Shown here: in pieces, positions 23,130-35,599 of the stretch
How the letters are laid out: each line of letters begins with the position of its first letter
How positions within the stretch are numbered: the first letter of the stretch is position 1
Origin: Dicyema japonicum
Lineage: Eukaryota > Animalia > Dicyemida
Assembly: GCA_011109175.1 (NCBI GenBank)
Contig: RDEW01000027.1
Coordinates: 70,028 to 134,027 of the forward strand
Length of the DNA: 64,000 bases
Reading direction: 5' to 3'
Position numbers and translations under genes: made by a program
Notes under the pieces: model-generated
Database searches by the model: none
What the model saw: only the letters and a program-made list of their open reading frames with translations
What the model was told of the DNA's origin: nothing

Positions 23130-25450
23130 TAATCTTTTTCAGGACGTTTCTCCCAGCTTTATATACGTGTCCTGGACCTTTGATCTCCTCCTGAAACCAT
23201 TGATCCGATCCTCCACAATCTTGCTAATCGGTTCTAAGAGCTTGTTTTCGTCCTCGCTTAGACAGTCTTTCAGTTTCTTGTTTAAGGAGAGCTTAATTGC
23301 AGCTCTTCTAGTCTTCTCTAGGAGGGATAAGATGTTGTCCCTCTTCGGAAAAAAGAACCATCCCCCGCACCCACAAAGTAGGCTAGGGAGAATAACTCCC
23401 TTGAAGATAAACAGGTAAGTGTCACGGCTAACGTGTAACTTCCGTGTACATAGGAGCGACTGAAAGGCTCTCTTTCTCCTCCCCTTTATGTCGTCCATGT
23501 AATCTCCTGCGTGTCCATAGTCGACCCCCAGGTAGCGCAGACTGTGTGAATTGTTTACTCCCAGTGTGTATTCTTGTTTCAGGTGCTTTTTCAAACTGCT
23601 TATTCGGAGTGCGCAAGATTTTTCAGCAGAGAGCTTTAGCCCTCTCAAGTTGCACCAATGCTCAATCTGGTCGACATACTCCCGGATTCTTCCTTCGGAT
23701 ATAGAAGATTTTAGAGATGTGTCCACCACGCATAAATAAGAAGACTAGTATTAATATTCCTCGGACGTGGAAAACTCGCCATAAATATATTAAACAAAAT
23801 AAAGCTCGATACTGAACCTTGAGGTACTTCTCTTTTGAATGATATTGCATCAGATATATATCCACACACCTTCACAAAAGATTGTCTTTCCTGAAGATAA
23901 TTTCTTAGGCAAACAAATAGATATCTTGGAACACATGCTGATACAAGCTGCTTTAACAACGCTTCATGGCATACACTGTCGAATGCTTTCGAGATATCAA
24001 GACATAATAAGTTTATTTGTCTCTTGGAATCCTTTGCTTTCATGATTTCAGAATTCAGTAGAAAGAAACAGTCTGCACAGCCTCTTCCGGGACGAAAACC
24101 CCACTGCTCCGGAATCAGAAAGTCGTTTTCTTCTATATGTCTGCTTAGCCTTTTGAAAATGATACGTTCAATCACTTTCGCGAAAGAACATATTAAGCTA
24201 ATTGGTCTGTAGCTTGCCGGATCTCTCTTTGGCTTCCCTGGTTTTGGAATCATCCTCACAACCGCTTTCTTTCATATTAAAGGCAAGTGGCCAAGTCATA
24301 AACACCCATCATAAAGACATCGCAGACTGTCAAACAAAAATCCGGACCCTCTTTGATAAGTTTTATTGATATGTGGTCATATCCTGGAGCATTGACCTTG
24401 CATTCCCTGATAGCTGTCATCACTTCAAAGATACTGACAGTGCTATCAGCAATAGGTAGTACCTCGTCGGAGTGTTTAAATATATCGGCAGACACCTTCT
24501 TTTTGTCATCAGGGATCAAACTAAACGGATCCACACCCCGAATTTTTTGGAGCTGATCCCTGAATATCGAAGGTGTTTTCTCCGTTATGCATACTCCCCC
24601 GTCTGGTTTATCCAGTATAATTTTTTCTCCACCCGACTTCGGACACATTATCTTCTGATAGTATTTCCAAAAAGAGGGATTCTTCATATCAATTTTTGCA
24701 GCCTCAGCCCTCCATATACGGTCAGTCTCCTCCTTCCATATATTGCTGATTGCTTCCTTCATCATCCTGATTCTGGCTGATATAAATCCCCCGTATATTT
24801 TGTCAACACAACGGTATTGCTTTGCCCTTAGGCGATTCCTTTCCCGAATAAGCCTCATAATAATTGGCGACACAAAATAATGATTTTTTTGAGATAACCC
24901 TTCGTGAATACATATGAAGATATGACTGCAGTATATTTGTTAATTCTCTACTTGCAGCATTGATACCTTCTATGGTTGAAAACTCTCTCGGTAGAACACA
25001 CAAATTATTAGATATGAAGACCGTATAGTGGGCCCAATCCAAGTTAGATGTGTTGAACTTCAAGAAGACATCTTCCATAACATCTGGTCTCAAAGTAATA
25101 ACTAGTTCTTGTGGAATATGCTCACTCCCGATATCCTATAGAGTTTTTGGCTTTCCCACATACACAGATAAAGCTGGCGATACTAGGAATACGCCGAGTT
25201 TGTCGCCACCATGATAAGAAAAATGATTTGGGTCATCCGACGTAAGGATCACAAAGAACTAAAAACATTCTTGAAAGAGATATAATGTTGGAAAAATAGG
25301 AAAACTAGTTGACAACGATACTGTGTTCAATAATATACCCACGAGCCGCCAATAGGAGCTCTTTATGACGAAACATAAAATGATCACAAAAAGTGCTAGT
25401 AACCTGCAAAAAACAAGGGAAAGATAACGACCCAGTATTGAAAATTATCC
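23130..25450 (-). mobile_element. Degenerate APE-RT LINE (I/Jockey group)
   Basis: DIGSEHIP (APE end), NAPGYDHI, MIPKPGK...SYRPISLI, EQWGFRPGR, DISKAFDSV, VPQGSV, LRYLGV. Confidence 0.85.
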
Positions 25451-25574
25451 TTAAATGAAAAAGACCTACGCTTAAAAATTAAAAACTTTAAATCTTTGGA
25501 TATTGTAAGAGCACGAAAACAGAAAAAAAATTATTTTACAAAAATAAACAAAAAGAACATGAAAACAAAATTAT

Positions 25575-25715
25575 TTTCAATGCCTTGGATTAATTGCTTT
25601 TGATTAATTATCACGACTGTTTTTACTTTTTAAATGAAGTGAGTTCTGCCTAAGCTGAGGTTAAACTAATAGAAACATACTCTTTGGCAGCAGGGATGTT
25701 GTTGTGTGTTGGTAC
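25575..25715 (+). mobile_element. SINE family C 3' fragment (alternative tail)
   Basis: gccttggattaatt...aagtgagttctgcctaag matches the tail of the 42190-42512 copy. Confidence 0.6.
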
Positions 25716-25779
25716 AAAAGTCACAGCGAGAAAGAGAACATTAAAAGCACTCGAAGAAATCGAAAAGTATAAAATTGCA

Positions 25780-26900
25780 TTAAAATGTTCAAAACTATCC
25801 GAATCCTCAACCGTGAAAAACTACAAAATGAGATCATGACAACGATGACAAAATAGTCATTTGTCCGAGTAGAAAAATTGAACTGATATCCGAACATTTC
25901 TGCAATCAATTCAATAAATATATAAAAAATCTTTGGAGAACTGAGAAAGATGCCAAAAAACTAAGGATGCAATCACAAACCTTAACAACGGAAGATCTGC
26001 AGGACCAGATAACGTCTCAACCGAGCTTTTAAGACTTGGCACGCCAACGATAGCAATAACCGAATTTTTAATATGTTAATAGAAACAAGGTTTTTCGAAT
26101 ATTTTGGATATGGTCTTCTACTTCCTTTGCATAAATTGGGGGGAACATAAAGGCCCTTTAAATAACTCATGAGTAATAATCTTCTTAACTACTTTACGGA
26201 AAAAATTATCTTTGATCTGTCTAACAGAATAAGAGAAAAAGTTGAAGACTTATTTTCGCCTAGTCATTGCTGCTTCCGGGCTGGAAGATCTATAGCAGAT
26301 GCCACATGAACACATCGGTGGATTTCTACGCTATGACATAAATATCAAAAAATGACATATATTTTAGGTTTAGACATGTCGAGGATTTTAATATCGTGAA
26401 CAGAGGTAAACTTATGATGTTTTGGACAAAGAAGAAGTCAAGATTATCCGTCTCCTAATTATGAATTATTTCACTATCTGTAGACTCAGAAGATGTAATA
26501 CACGGAAAGACTTTAGTGACAGCCTCTAGAGAAAATCAGGTCATTATTTTCGAAAGAAAAATATCTCAGAACAAAAACGAGATTAAGACTTTACAACTCT
26601 TATTTTCCCAGTCCTAACTTACAATTCTGCGACTGGATGTATTTCTGAGAGTGAATTAGAAAAACTAGACTCATTCCACCAAAATCAACTCCGAAAGAAA
26701 ATAATCAATTCAAAACTATATGAAATTACACATTGCCAGAAATGGAAATTGTTTGGTCACATTCTACGATTGGGAATTGATGTTCCGGCAAATGATGTTA
26801 TGAATGCGTACTGTAATTGCTATGGAATTGGTAAAAGACCGACAACTACCTTAACCATAGTTTTGAATAAAAACCTTTTAAAACTGAGTCTAAGTCTGAG
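25780..26900 (+). mobile_element. Degenerate RTE LINE (RT to C-terminus)
   Basis: SAGPDNVSTELL, GFRAGRSIADA, LDMSR, FPVLTYNSATW, RWKLFGHILRL, RPTTTL motifs. Confidence 0.8.
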
Positions 26901-26959
26901 GAGGATCTAGATATAATAAGAGCTACACTTGGAATAGAAAACGCTGGATGCGACTAACA

Positions 26960-27230
26960 AAGCGGGGGGTAAAACCAAACTAACTGATTCCTTGATCCTG
27001 ACACGTTCCTGCAAAACCCTCACCCAAGCACAATGATCCAGAGGTTGGTAGCTGAAGTCAATTCCAGAATCCGACACCAAGGAGCGAAATTGTCTTCCGG
27101 TGGAATGAATAGATAGATCATTTTGAATGCCGGTCCGGCTTTGAGCGTCTCCTGAGTAAGGTGGATCCAATGCGCCACCCAAGAAAAGTAAGAGAAAACT
27201 CAATTAATTAACCACGTGGAAAGAATGTGG
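26960..27230 (-). mobile_element. SINE-like family B copy (variant of family A)
   Basis: Minus-strand tggatccaccttactcaggagacgctcaaagccggaccggcattcaaaatgatc is homologous to 39190-39400. Confidence 0.7.
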
Positions 27231-27339
27231 CACAAGAGAAAATTCTAATTAATTATTGTTTTAAAAGTTATTTATAATATCTTTTATTAATCATTGTAAG
27301 CAGTCAATAAACTCTGAGGCTCATTTACTCGCTGCAATA

Positions 27340-27850
27340 GGATGCTTAACAGCGACTACATGAGAAGGCACGACGAAGTGATTGGGAACATGCGTTACAC
27401 TTATGCAGAATGTATGGAGTCAAAAAGTCAAAGAAACTGAAGACGCATTCTGTCAATTCTATTTTCAGTACTCAAATAGCTGAAATCCGGGTAGATACAT
27501 CTATAAAGACAGATACGCAGGTTAGTTTAATAAACCTTGTTTTCGTCCACTATAAAATGAAGAATAAGGTTGTACTCATTGAGATTTGAACTACTTCCAA
27601 GATTATTAAAGAACACTGAAGTGGAAAAATTTATTTAATGGCTGAAGAGCTTAAACTAATGTGTGGTGCTTCAGTCAGTTTTACCTATTGTTCTAACATG
27701 GAACGGTGTCGTTTCGAAGGCCTATAAATCTCAGTTGAGGTCCATCGCAATCGTCAACTAGAACATACATTCAATTCATTGTCCTCAAGAAGACGTTGGA
27801 GAACATGATATCAAACAAATGTTTTTTGGTGTGTCAACTCCAACAGATAT
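27340..27850 (+). mobile_element. R4-like RLE fragment
   Basis: SDYMRRHDEVIG..., HSVNSIFSTQIAEIRVDTSIKTD..., KVVLIEI, homologous to 5337-5990. Confidence 0.75.
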
Positions 27851-27892
27851 ATCAGAATCTACTTTCTTTGATTAATTATTTTTTAATTAATT

Positions 27893-28190
27893 TATTAACC
27901 CCGGATACACCGAAAAAGAAGTTAAAGTAAACAACTAATTAAGTGAATCCAGTGTTCCACTTCTACAGAAACAAAGTCCATCCGGAATCAGCATAAAAGG
28001 TAAGACGTCCATTACATGCAGTTATGGAAACCCCTCCAGTGGAGTGGGGAAGAGCAAATGATCTTTTTTCGTGGCGGCCTGGTACTGGGCGTCACCTAGA
28101 CAGGTGGATCACATGACGCCACTCTAATAGGAAGAGAGAGGAGGAACAGACAAGCAAGCAGAAAACTTCAACCAATTAACCACTCGGTTA
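27893..28190 (-). mobile_element. SINE-like family A copy
   Basis: High similarity to 6676-6975 and 52868-53165, including the tail cggtgtatccggggttaataaa. Confidence 0.88.
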
Positions 28191-28419
28191 TATATCAAAA
28201 GATTCCAACCGAACTAACTAATTACATGATTTTAAGTCGATTTTTGATAGCGTCCCCATTTTGGCACGGTATTCATTTATCAAGTCCACTGGACAAACAG
28301 CTGAATTAACAGATCAAACGAATTTACGATTCCAGAGGAATCGATGAGTTAAAATTCTTTCAAAAGTCCATCATTTGTCACTCCGTACGGTTTTTTGGAT
28401 AGCTGACATCTTTTCGGTA

Positions 28420-28645
28420 TTTGTCAAAAGATTGATAGTCCCCACAAAGTGTATGCGTAACACTCACCTGCGATTGTTGTCAAAACAACCGAAGCAATAA
28501 TCATTAAGTCCCTGATCTTCCTCTAGAAACTCGGACGTATGGCTTTGCTCAGAAGCCACAACTACTGTGAAACGCAATGGCTCAACCAGTTGGTCTCTAT
28601 AGCAGTCCAGAAGGGAAACGCCGCATCAATAAAGTCAGCGAGAAT
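28420..28645 (+). mobile_element. CRE-like retroelement C-terminal fossil
   Basis: PAIVVKT...KLGRMALL...ETQWLNQLVSIAVQKGNAASI matches the CRE-type C-terminal IA(V/I)QRGNA motif also seen near 32000. Confidence 0.6.
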
Positions 28646-28917
28646 AAAATAATTACTTTCTACATCTTAAATTTAGATTTCTTGGTTTTTAAAATTAGGT
28701 TATTCAGGAAAATCATTATGCATATTTTTGATAATTTTAATGACCTAGAATTTAATAATTAAACTGTTGTAGGGAACAAACCATGGCACTGCGGCTAATC
28801 AGTTTTATAATTATTTCTAAGAGATTTTAAAACTAATTTTGTATGCTAATTTGAACGGCAGTGATTTAAAGACAAAGATGCGTGTTGGCATAATTATTTA
28901 CGTTATCAGGACGATTA

Positions 28918-30509
28918 ATGAAAAGAAAGAATAAAGATTTAAAATCATCAAGATCTGAAGATGCTGCATGGATTAAACATACGAAAGACAGGAAGGATAG
29001 TATCCTTCCTGTGGAAACGCCTCTTGCTGTTGAATCTACATATGAACTTACACATAATAACGTTGTGAGACTTATGAAGGATGCAGTAATAAAAAAAGTT
29101 ATTTATTATGGTTATCGGGGCATTTAGATTAGATATACCCTTCTTATAATTTATGTTCTTGTTTCAATATCAATATTCGTCTCAATTACTGTGCTGATAG
29201 GAATTACTCCAATTTGTTCAATACCAGAAAATTACAAATGGTACCAAAGAGCAGTGATTTACCGCTTGAATATAAAACTCTTCTATGATTCCAATGGTGA
29301 CGGATTTGGAGACATGAAAGGTATAATTCACCTCACATAACCAACGTAGGAATTATGATAAAAGGTGGATATCTGCAATCGATAAAAATTGATGCAATCT
29401 TGATTACTGTATTTAATACCAAATACGTTTTGTAGGATCATTTATTGAATAACGAGGAAACTATAGCAGATTTGATAAAATTATGTCAGAAAATGAATGA
29501 ATTTGGTGATTATGTTTTATAAATATCCAGGTATTAAGGTACTTATCTCTTTAAGAGAAAAAGAGATACAAGATGATGAAAAGGTCAATCTATCGATAAT
29601 TTTAGGCTATATTGAATAAAGTAAGTCATCTAATTGCTGGAGTCATTTTTCTAAAACAATTAGACTCTGCTGAGTTTGAGGCACAACGGAAGGTACTCAT
29701 TGAATTGTTTCCTAACATGTAATTGCGATTTATGTCAATTTCAGAATAATTGGAATGCTGGCGAATTCCGAAGTAAACATTGACTTATTGGATTTTGTCA
29801 TCTATTTATTTGAATGGGATCCCATTAAACCAAATTTAACGGTTAAGGTAAACGGGACCAAATTTGCTGACAAACCCTACAAAGGTTATATAGTTAGTTT
29901 ATATTTGTCTAATATTAGTCATCTATTGAGTTAGGGGAGAAAAGAACAAATCTTAACTTATTAATGTTATTCCAAGGATGGACTGTTGTAATAAATAGTG
30001 GAGATGAGCTCGGATTTAGAGCTGAAAGTTGTAACGATGAATCTGTAATGAATTGGGATAGTACGATGCCAAGCAATGGTTTTAGCACTAACTTAGCCCT
30101 GAAAGATAAAACTTCCTGTTGTATATATGGAGTGAAAGTAACTTTACTTTAACATAAAAGAGTCAATCAGCAAAAGATTTTCCATCCTCGAATTTGACGC
30201 TTTTCAGGCGTTTAGTAGAGATTATCCATATTAATACATTTAAATGGGGGGAAACCAGAGTTTTTGAAATATATGATATGATTTGTTACCTGATTACAAG
30301 AGCTGGCCTTCAATCGTACTTAGTTGTTGCACACACCGGAAACCCTAACTATAAAATACGCCATCCAATGTCAAATATATTTTTATTTTAGCGACATTCA
30401 TAGGAGAACAGGAATTGAGTCTGGAACTGACAGTGATACTGGCAAACCTTATGACCTTAAACAATACTATATGATAGAAGGAAGAAATATTCAAGTTTTC
30501 TTAGTCTAA
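28918..30509 (+). CDS. SLC3A-family heavy chain (rBAT/4F2hc-like): type II membrane protein with alpha-amylase-like ectodomain
   Basis: One TM segment (IRYTLLIIYVLVSISIFVSITVLIGITPIC), then WYQRAVIYRLNIKLFYDSNGDGFGDMKGI...YLQSIKIDAILIT, GWTVVINSGDELG and LTLFRRL. Introns include 29098-29127, 29321-29349 and 29409-29435. Junctions in 29880-30390 are not fully resolved. Confidence 0.82.
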
Positions 30510-30734
30510 TTAATGGTAACTAACATATTTAATGTCATTAAATGGTCTTTTTTGGTTTACTTGGGGTACTAAGCATTACCTTAGACATTTGAACCGCCTG
30601 ACATTATGTAGTTAAAGAAAACCATCTCCCAAGTAGCCAACGATGGAATAGAATTCTTGAGTGTTGAGAAATTTGTCACAACATAAGAGCTTCATCAGAT
30701 GGATGACTCATTTTTTATCAAGAAAAATAATTAG

Positions 30735-30930
30735 AACCTTCGCTAGAGCCATTATACTTAAGCTCTGCATGAACAGGGCACAACTTTATTAAAAACAGTT
30801 ATGCTAACTAATCATTGAAAAGAGCCAAGGAATTTGAGTCCCTTCAAACAATCAGCTTCCGCAATGATGACGTCATCACTCGTTAGATTAAGAAGCTTTG
30901 TAGATGCGTGGATAAGATTTGCTAACTAAG
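30735..30930 (-). mobile_element. SINE family C copy (degenerate)
   Basis: Body ccacgcatctac...acgagtgatgacgtcatc and tail gagcttaagtataatggctctagcgaagg. Confidence 0.6.
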
Positions 30931-31869
30931 CCAAACACCTTTTTTATATCAATTGAAACAAAAACAGTTATATCACATTGGATAAAAGTATTTAAACCGT
31001 CAGAAATTAATTGAACTAGTTTTGGTGAGAATTTTATGCTGAAGTCATTTAAAAGGCGTATACCTCGAAGAACGGAGAGATATTTAAAAAAAACAGTTTT
31101 TTAGAACACGTGAAAATATCAATACATAATCTTTGGTGAAGAACTCAAGAAAATTCATTGAACAGATAAAGGAGCTTTCATCCCATATGAAATGGATTAT
31201 AAAATGAAAACCTCACTATGAGTTTAAGTAATCAATATATTTGTATCACATAGAGATCATTGGTAAAGACAGGTTATAAGATAAATTCACCGGATTAACC
31301 CCAAGGATGAAAGAGGTTGAGATGCGAAAATTTTATGTGGGAACGACAATTCAGCTTGCGTCCATGTAAATTTTGTAAAGACTCCATGTTTCATTGAGAC
31401 ATGAGATTAAAAGAGACTCCAGTTTCCAACTTGAGTAGAGTGACTGAAAAGTTGCGTTTAAAAATATGAAAATTGATTTTAAGTCAATTAAATTTTCCCA
31501 AAGATTTAATTGTTGACATATTATGCTAAAAAGTTGACCTATTACGCTATAAAGTTGACCTAAAAAAATTGATTTTATTTTTCCAACAACTATACTCTTC
31601 TAATTTGGAAATCTGCTCTTGTTGTCGTTAACTTAGTATTGACCCAAAAAATTATATTTTAACATATAAAATCAAAATTTTGATTTTCTCTAACTTGAAG
31701 ACCTAACGAATTGATTCCCAAAAATTTTACTTTAACGTTATTTTGGAAAAAATAAAAGTTTTGATCTCTTTAACATGAGAACCCACTCTTGTGGACATTA
31801 TCTTATATTGGAGGTTCCCAACCTTGTCTTTCTATCAAGAATATTTTACTCTTACCTCAATTAGGCCTA

Positions 31870-33640
31870 CTATAAAAATTGCCTTATGCCCAAAAATCGA
31901 TTGGTATAAAAAATACAAAAACATGCATATTCAAGTATAACAGCAGATACACCAGTATACCAGCTGTATAAGAAAGCGGCTGCTGACATTACGGAGTAAG
32001 CGTTTCCGCGGACAACTGCGATCCCTATTCGTTGCCTTAGCCAGACCGCTTCCCGCACGTCTTTTTTGCGGTGGGCCAATTTCCCCCCTTCAAGAGCACG
32101 CATGACAATGTTGTTGGTAGCAGCATGGCGGGGTGCTCTGTCCGCACTCCTTTTGCACGAAAGCAGATGCAGCCCTTTGGCATCGACGATCCCTCGACAA
32201 CGACATCGGTGTTCGACGCAAACATCAACTCCCAGGCGTTGTGCGATCCCAATCCGAATACAGTCATCGTCCAAAAGGGTCCCCAGAGAGGAACACGGGA
32301 GTGCATCCAGCCACGCTCCGCTCCCATGGTTGGCGGCGGACACGAGGCATGCAAGACGATGTTGGTTGGCCTCAGACTTTAGCAGGTCGAAGATATTCTT
32401 AGAGTAGATCTCGTCGAAGACTTTTTCCCAAGAATTTCCGGTTGGAAAACGTAAGATATCCACTTGAGAGCGATGACACATATGCTGGAAAGGCAATCTC
32501 CAGCGCCGACCTGAGACCCGTACCTCCGAGGCGTGTAGGAAGCTTGCATTGATTCCAACTCGGCACGTTAAAGTGGATGTTTGGAAGCAATTCAGCTGAT
32601 TTTCTCAATGTCCTATCCAGTGACAGGAAGATGTCACGATATTTGAAGCAGGGAGAACAACGGAGAGTGTATAAGAGTTTGGGTAAGCCGATGCTATTTT
32701 TTAAAAGGAAGAACGCTGTATGAGCATCGAGTAAGGAAAGTTTCTCCGTAACTATAGAGAGTTCGTCCTCTTTTGTTAGTAGATGGCTCCGCAGTTCCTT
32801 TTCGTCAAGTGGGCACCCAAGAAAGTATGTCCGCTCCCTGGGTACGACAGTAATTCCAGGTAGTACCGAGTGAAAGACTCGACCACGTTGATAAAATCAC
32901 TCTCCGAGTATGTGATATTTATTAGCTCCGATTTTGTTACATTTATCTCAAGTCCGAGGTTTCGTAGTGCCAGCACGGCATGTGACAGAACGTCATGAAC
33001 TTTTCTCCACGTCCGTCCAATCTTGGCGTCATCAATATACCAGAGGTTTAGTTGTGTGTTGAGAGAGAACAATTTCATCGATGGCCAGAGCGAAGAAAAG
33101 TGGATTAAGTGGGTCCCCTTGTTGGACTCCAGTCTCCGAACGGATAATCTTGTCCCCGAAAACCAGTGAAGAATTGGTTCCGTAAGCGAGGTAGACAAGT
33201 GGAATAAGTTCCGGGGCTCGTTTGCTTGTAGTTTCGAAAAATTTACCCCTCCTCAGTGAATTGAAGGCATTGCAGATGTCCAGATTGACCCCAATGTGTG
33301 GGTTTTGTTTGTCTTTCTATCCAAAAAGCACCTCGCAGCATGCACTGCAGGTCGCATCCGTTCCTTACACCAACCCCCAGTTGGAGGGGGATAATTTTTC
33401 AGATATTCGTTTCTCTAAGTAGGAGGTCGATTTTTCTAAGAGTCCAGCTGATTATGTTGGGCCCTCCTTCATGTCACTTAGTGCCATTGGTGGTCCTGGT
33501 CCGGAGAGGATTTGATCGAAGATCTCCCCAAGCTGGTCAAATGAAAAAAACCAACGATTTTATCCATCTCCAAAGTGAAACTTTCCTGAGCGAGCATAGC
33601 GAATGTTTTTCCACGGGCATAGCGAATTTTTTTGTTTATT
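31870..33640 (-). mobile_element. CRE-clade RLE non-LTR retrotransposon (degenerate)
   Basis: RT GVGVRNGC...LNTQLNLWYIDDA...GLEINVTKSEL; LPTRLGGTGLRS; GAWLDALPCSSLGTLL...CVEHRCRC..VDAKGLHLLSC; C-terminal WLRQRIGIAVVRGNA. The endonuclease core appears deleted. Confidence 0.85.
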
Positions 33641-33829
33641 ATAAAACATAATTATGTAATTTTAACATTATTTTTATTAAAATTTCTCTCATGTTTGAAA
33701 GTTTCAATAGCTCACTCGAAACTGCGAAAAGATGCAGCATTGTTTCTTAGATAAACTTATATTTTTAACTATACAGAGAGTTAACAACTACTAGAAGCTT
33801 ATTTCCGCCAGGCTGGGCACTCTTTAGGA

Positions 33830-34230
33830 TTGAAAACCTATCTCCAATAACGTTTTTTTAGGAAATGAGCTCAATAATCCAGATCCTTTCTCCAATATCC
33901 ATCTTCCTCCTTGCGGAAGGCGATCCGATACAGTTCAGCAGGGTCAGTGATCTGCCTCCAAAATAAACAAACATATTCTTCAATTTACCTTGCCCCAGTA
34001 CGGCAAAGTTTGTCAGGCTGATTGGTCAGCTTGTAGTGCGGAAGCAAGATCCTAGAATGATAAGAAATTAATAACGTGAATTAATAGGGTACTCATCGAA
34101 ATTAATTGTGAGAATGCTATTATGAGCTTCCAAAAATTAAAAGAATTCAGACTTATAAATTTAGGAGGCCGAATTAACAATAAAAAATCAAATATATAGT
34201 TTTTAGAAATAAGCTGAAACTAGGGAAACC
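33830..34230 (-). CDS. Possible small multi-exon gene, product unknown
   Basis: Candidate GT-AG introns join ...FDEILLPHYKLTNQPDKLCRTGARQITDPAELYRIAFRKEEDGYWRKDLDY*. Start and family not recognised. Confidence 0.3.
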
Positions 34231-34459
34231 TGATCGCACTTAGAACCTAAAATTCTTATTCAAACTGACCTATATAGTTATTTTAATGTAAATTGTGATG
34301 ATTTCGAACATGGAATAACAAGGAATAGTATTCTTACATGTGTTTAATATTTTAGTTTTTATTAAAATAATTAATTAAAAATAAAAATGGCATTTATAGC
34401 AAATAAATTGAAAAATGGCATTTAAAACCAAAAATGGCAAAAAGGGCATCTATAATTTA

Positions 34460-34770
34460 ATAATATTCGCACTTTCCGAGGACCATATCAGTTATAGCTC
34501 CCCTCAGCCAGAACGCACACTTTATTTTAAGCAAAGAACAGTTATAGTAGGTAATCGAGAAGGATCAAGGAATGCTCTTCACTTTTTAGTTTTCTTTTCC
34601 TTGGGTGTATGTCCTTTATAGACAATCCGGTTCCACTGTAAAGTTTACTGATGACGGCGTCACTCGTCAAGCCAAAGCATGTTGATGCGTGGAACCTTCA
34701 ACCGAAATGTGCAGTATCGGGATTCGAACTTGCGACCTTCAGGCCTCTTGCCCGGCAACCTTCAATTTTG
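34460..34770 (-). mobile_element. tRNA-SINE family C, near complete, inside an AT-rich DNA-transposon end
   Basis: B box agttcgaatcc, shared body, tail gagctataactgatatggtcctcggaaagtgc. Both flanks carry aaaatggc repeats and a tagggccattt end at about 34870. Confidence 0.8.
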
Positions 34771-35599
34771 TAAAGATAAAACATTTTTAATTAATTTTCA
34801 TATAATTTATCTCATCAATAAAAAATGACCATTCCTTTAAAAATGGATTCTATGGCAAAAAATGGCCCTAGTCATAACTTTCAAAATCTGAACTCTTCAA
34901 ATTTTTTTCAATATTGACCATAATTTTCCAATGCTCAAAAAATAATTTTTTCAGAAGTGGCTGACTCCAGTATGAAGGGATAGATGAGGATAAATTGGTG
35001 GTACATTCATCTACAAGGAAGAGAGCGATTGCCATCGATTTAAATAATTAGTTGACATACATATCTTTATTTATGAAGTATCTACTTTGACTCATAGTGA
35101 ATAAAAGCTTCCTTCTTCTCGTAAGCATGGACTAAGTGATAAACTCAAAAGACATCAGAAATCTGAAGCTCTGAACAAAGGAAGTGTTTGGATGCGGTAG
35201 GATCCAGCTGCATGTATAGGATGATAGTTAATATGATTCTATCTTAGTCAATTGCACTCCCACGTTACTCATAAACACACGAATACTTAATGTTGCGATT
35301 CTGTCGTGTTATTCACTATCCGTTCTACCAGTTTTCTCCATGTAACTTTTGTTCTAGCATTTCATTGAAGAATCCATGTATAAGGTTTCCGGTCTAGTCT
35401 TCGAAGCTAGTCCTCTAGCCTTGAAAGTTTCAATTTTAAACGGGGTAGAACAGACATACTGAAAGTACGATGAAGACATAGACATTATTAAAGAGATGTT
35501 TACCGTTATATGTATTTTACTAAAAGTCACTACTCAACCAACAGACTATTAACTGTTTTAAGTATTTTATTTAAAAAAAGTCAACAAAAAACATAAAAT

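Noticed and set aside
32066-32407. Several overlapping plus-strand ORFs
   Set aside because: Antisense shadows of the GC-richer CRE element.
35000-35470. Penelope GIY-YIG endonuclease
   Set aside because: Only a vague SYMEKTGR resemblance; no RT or hammerhead support.
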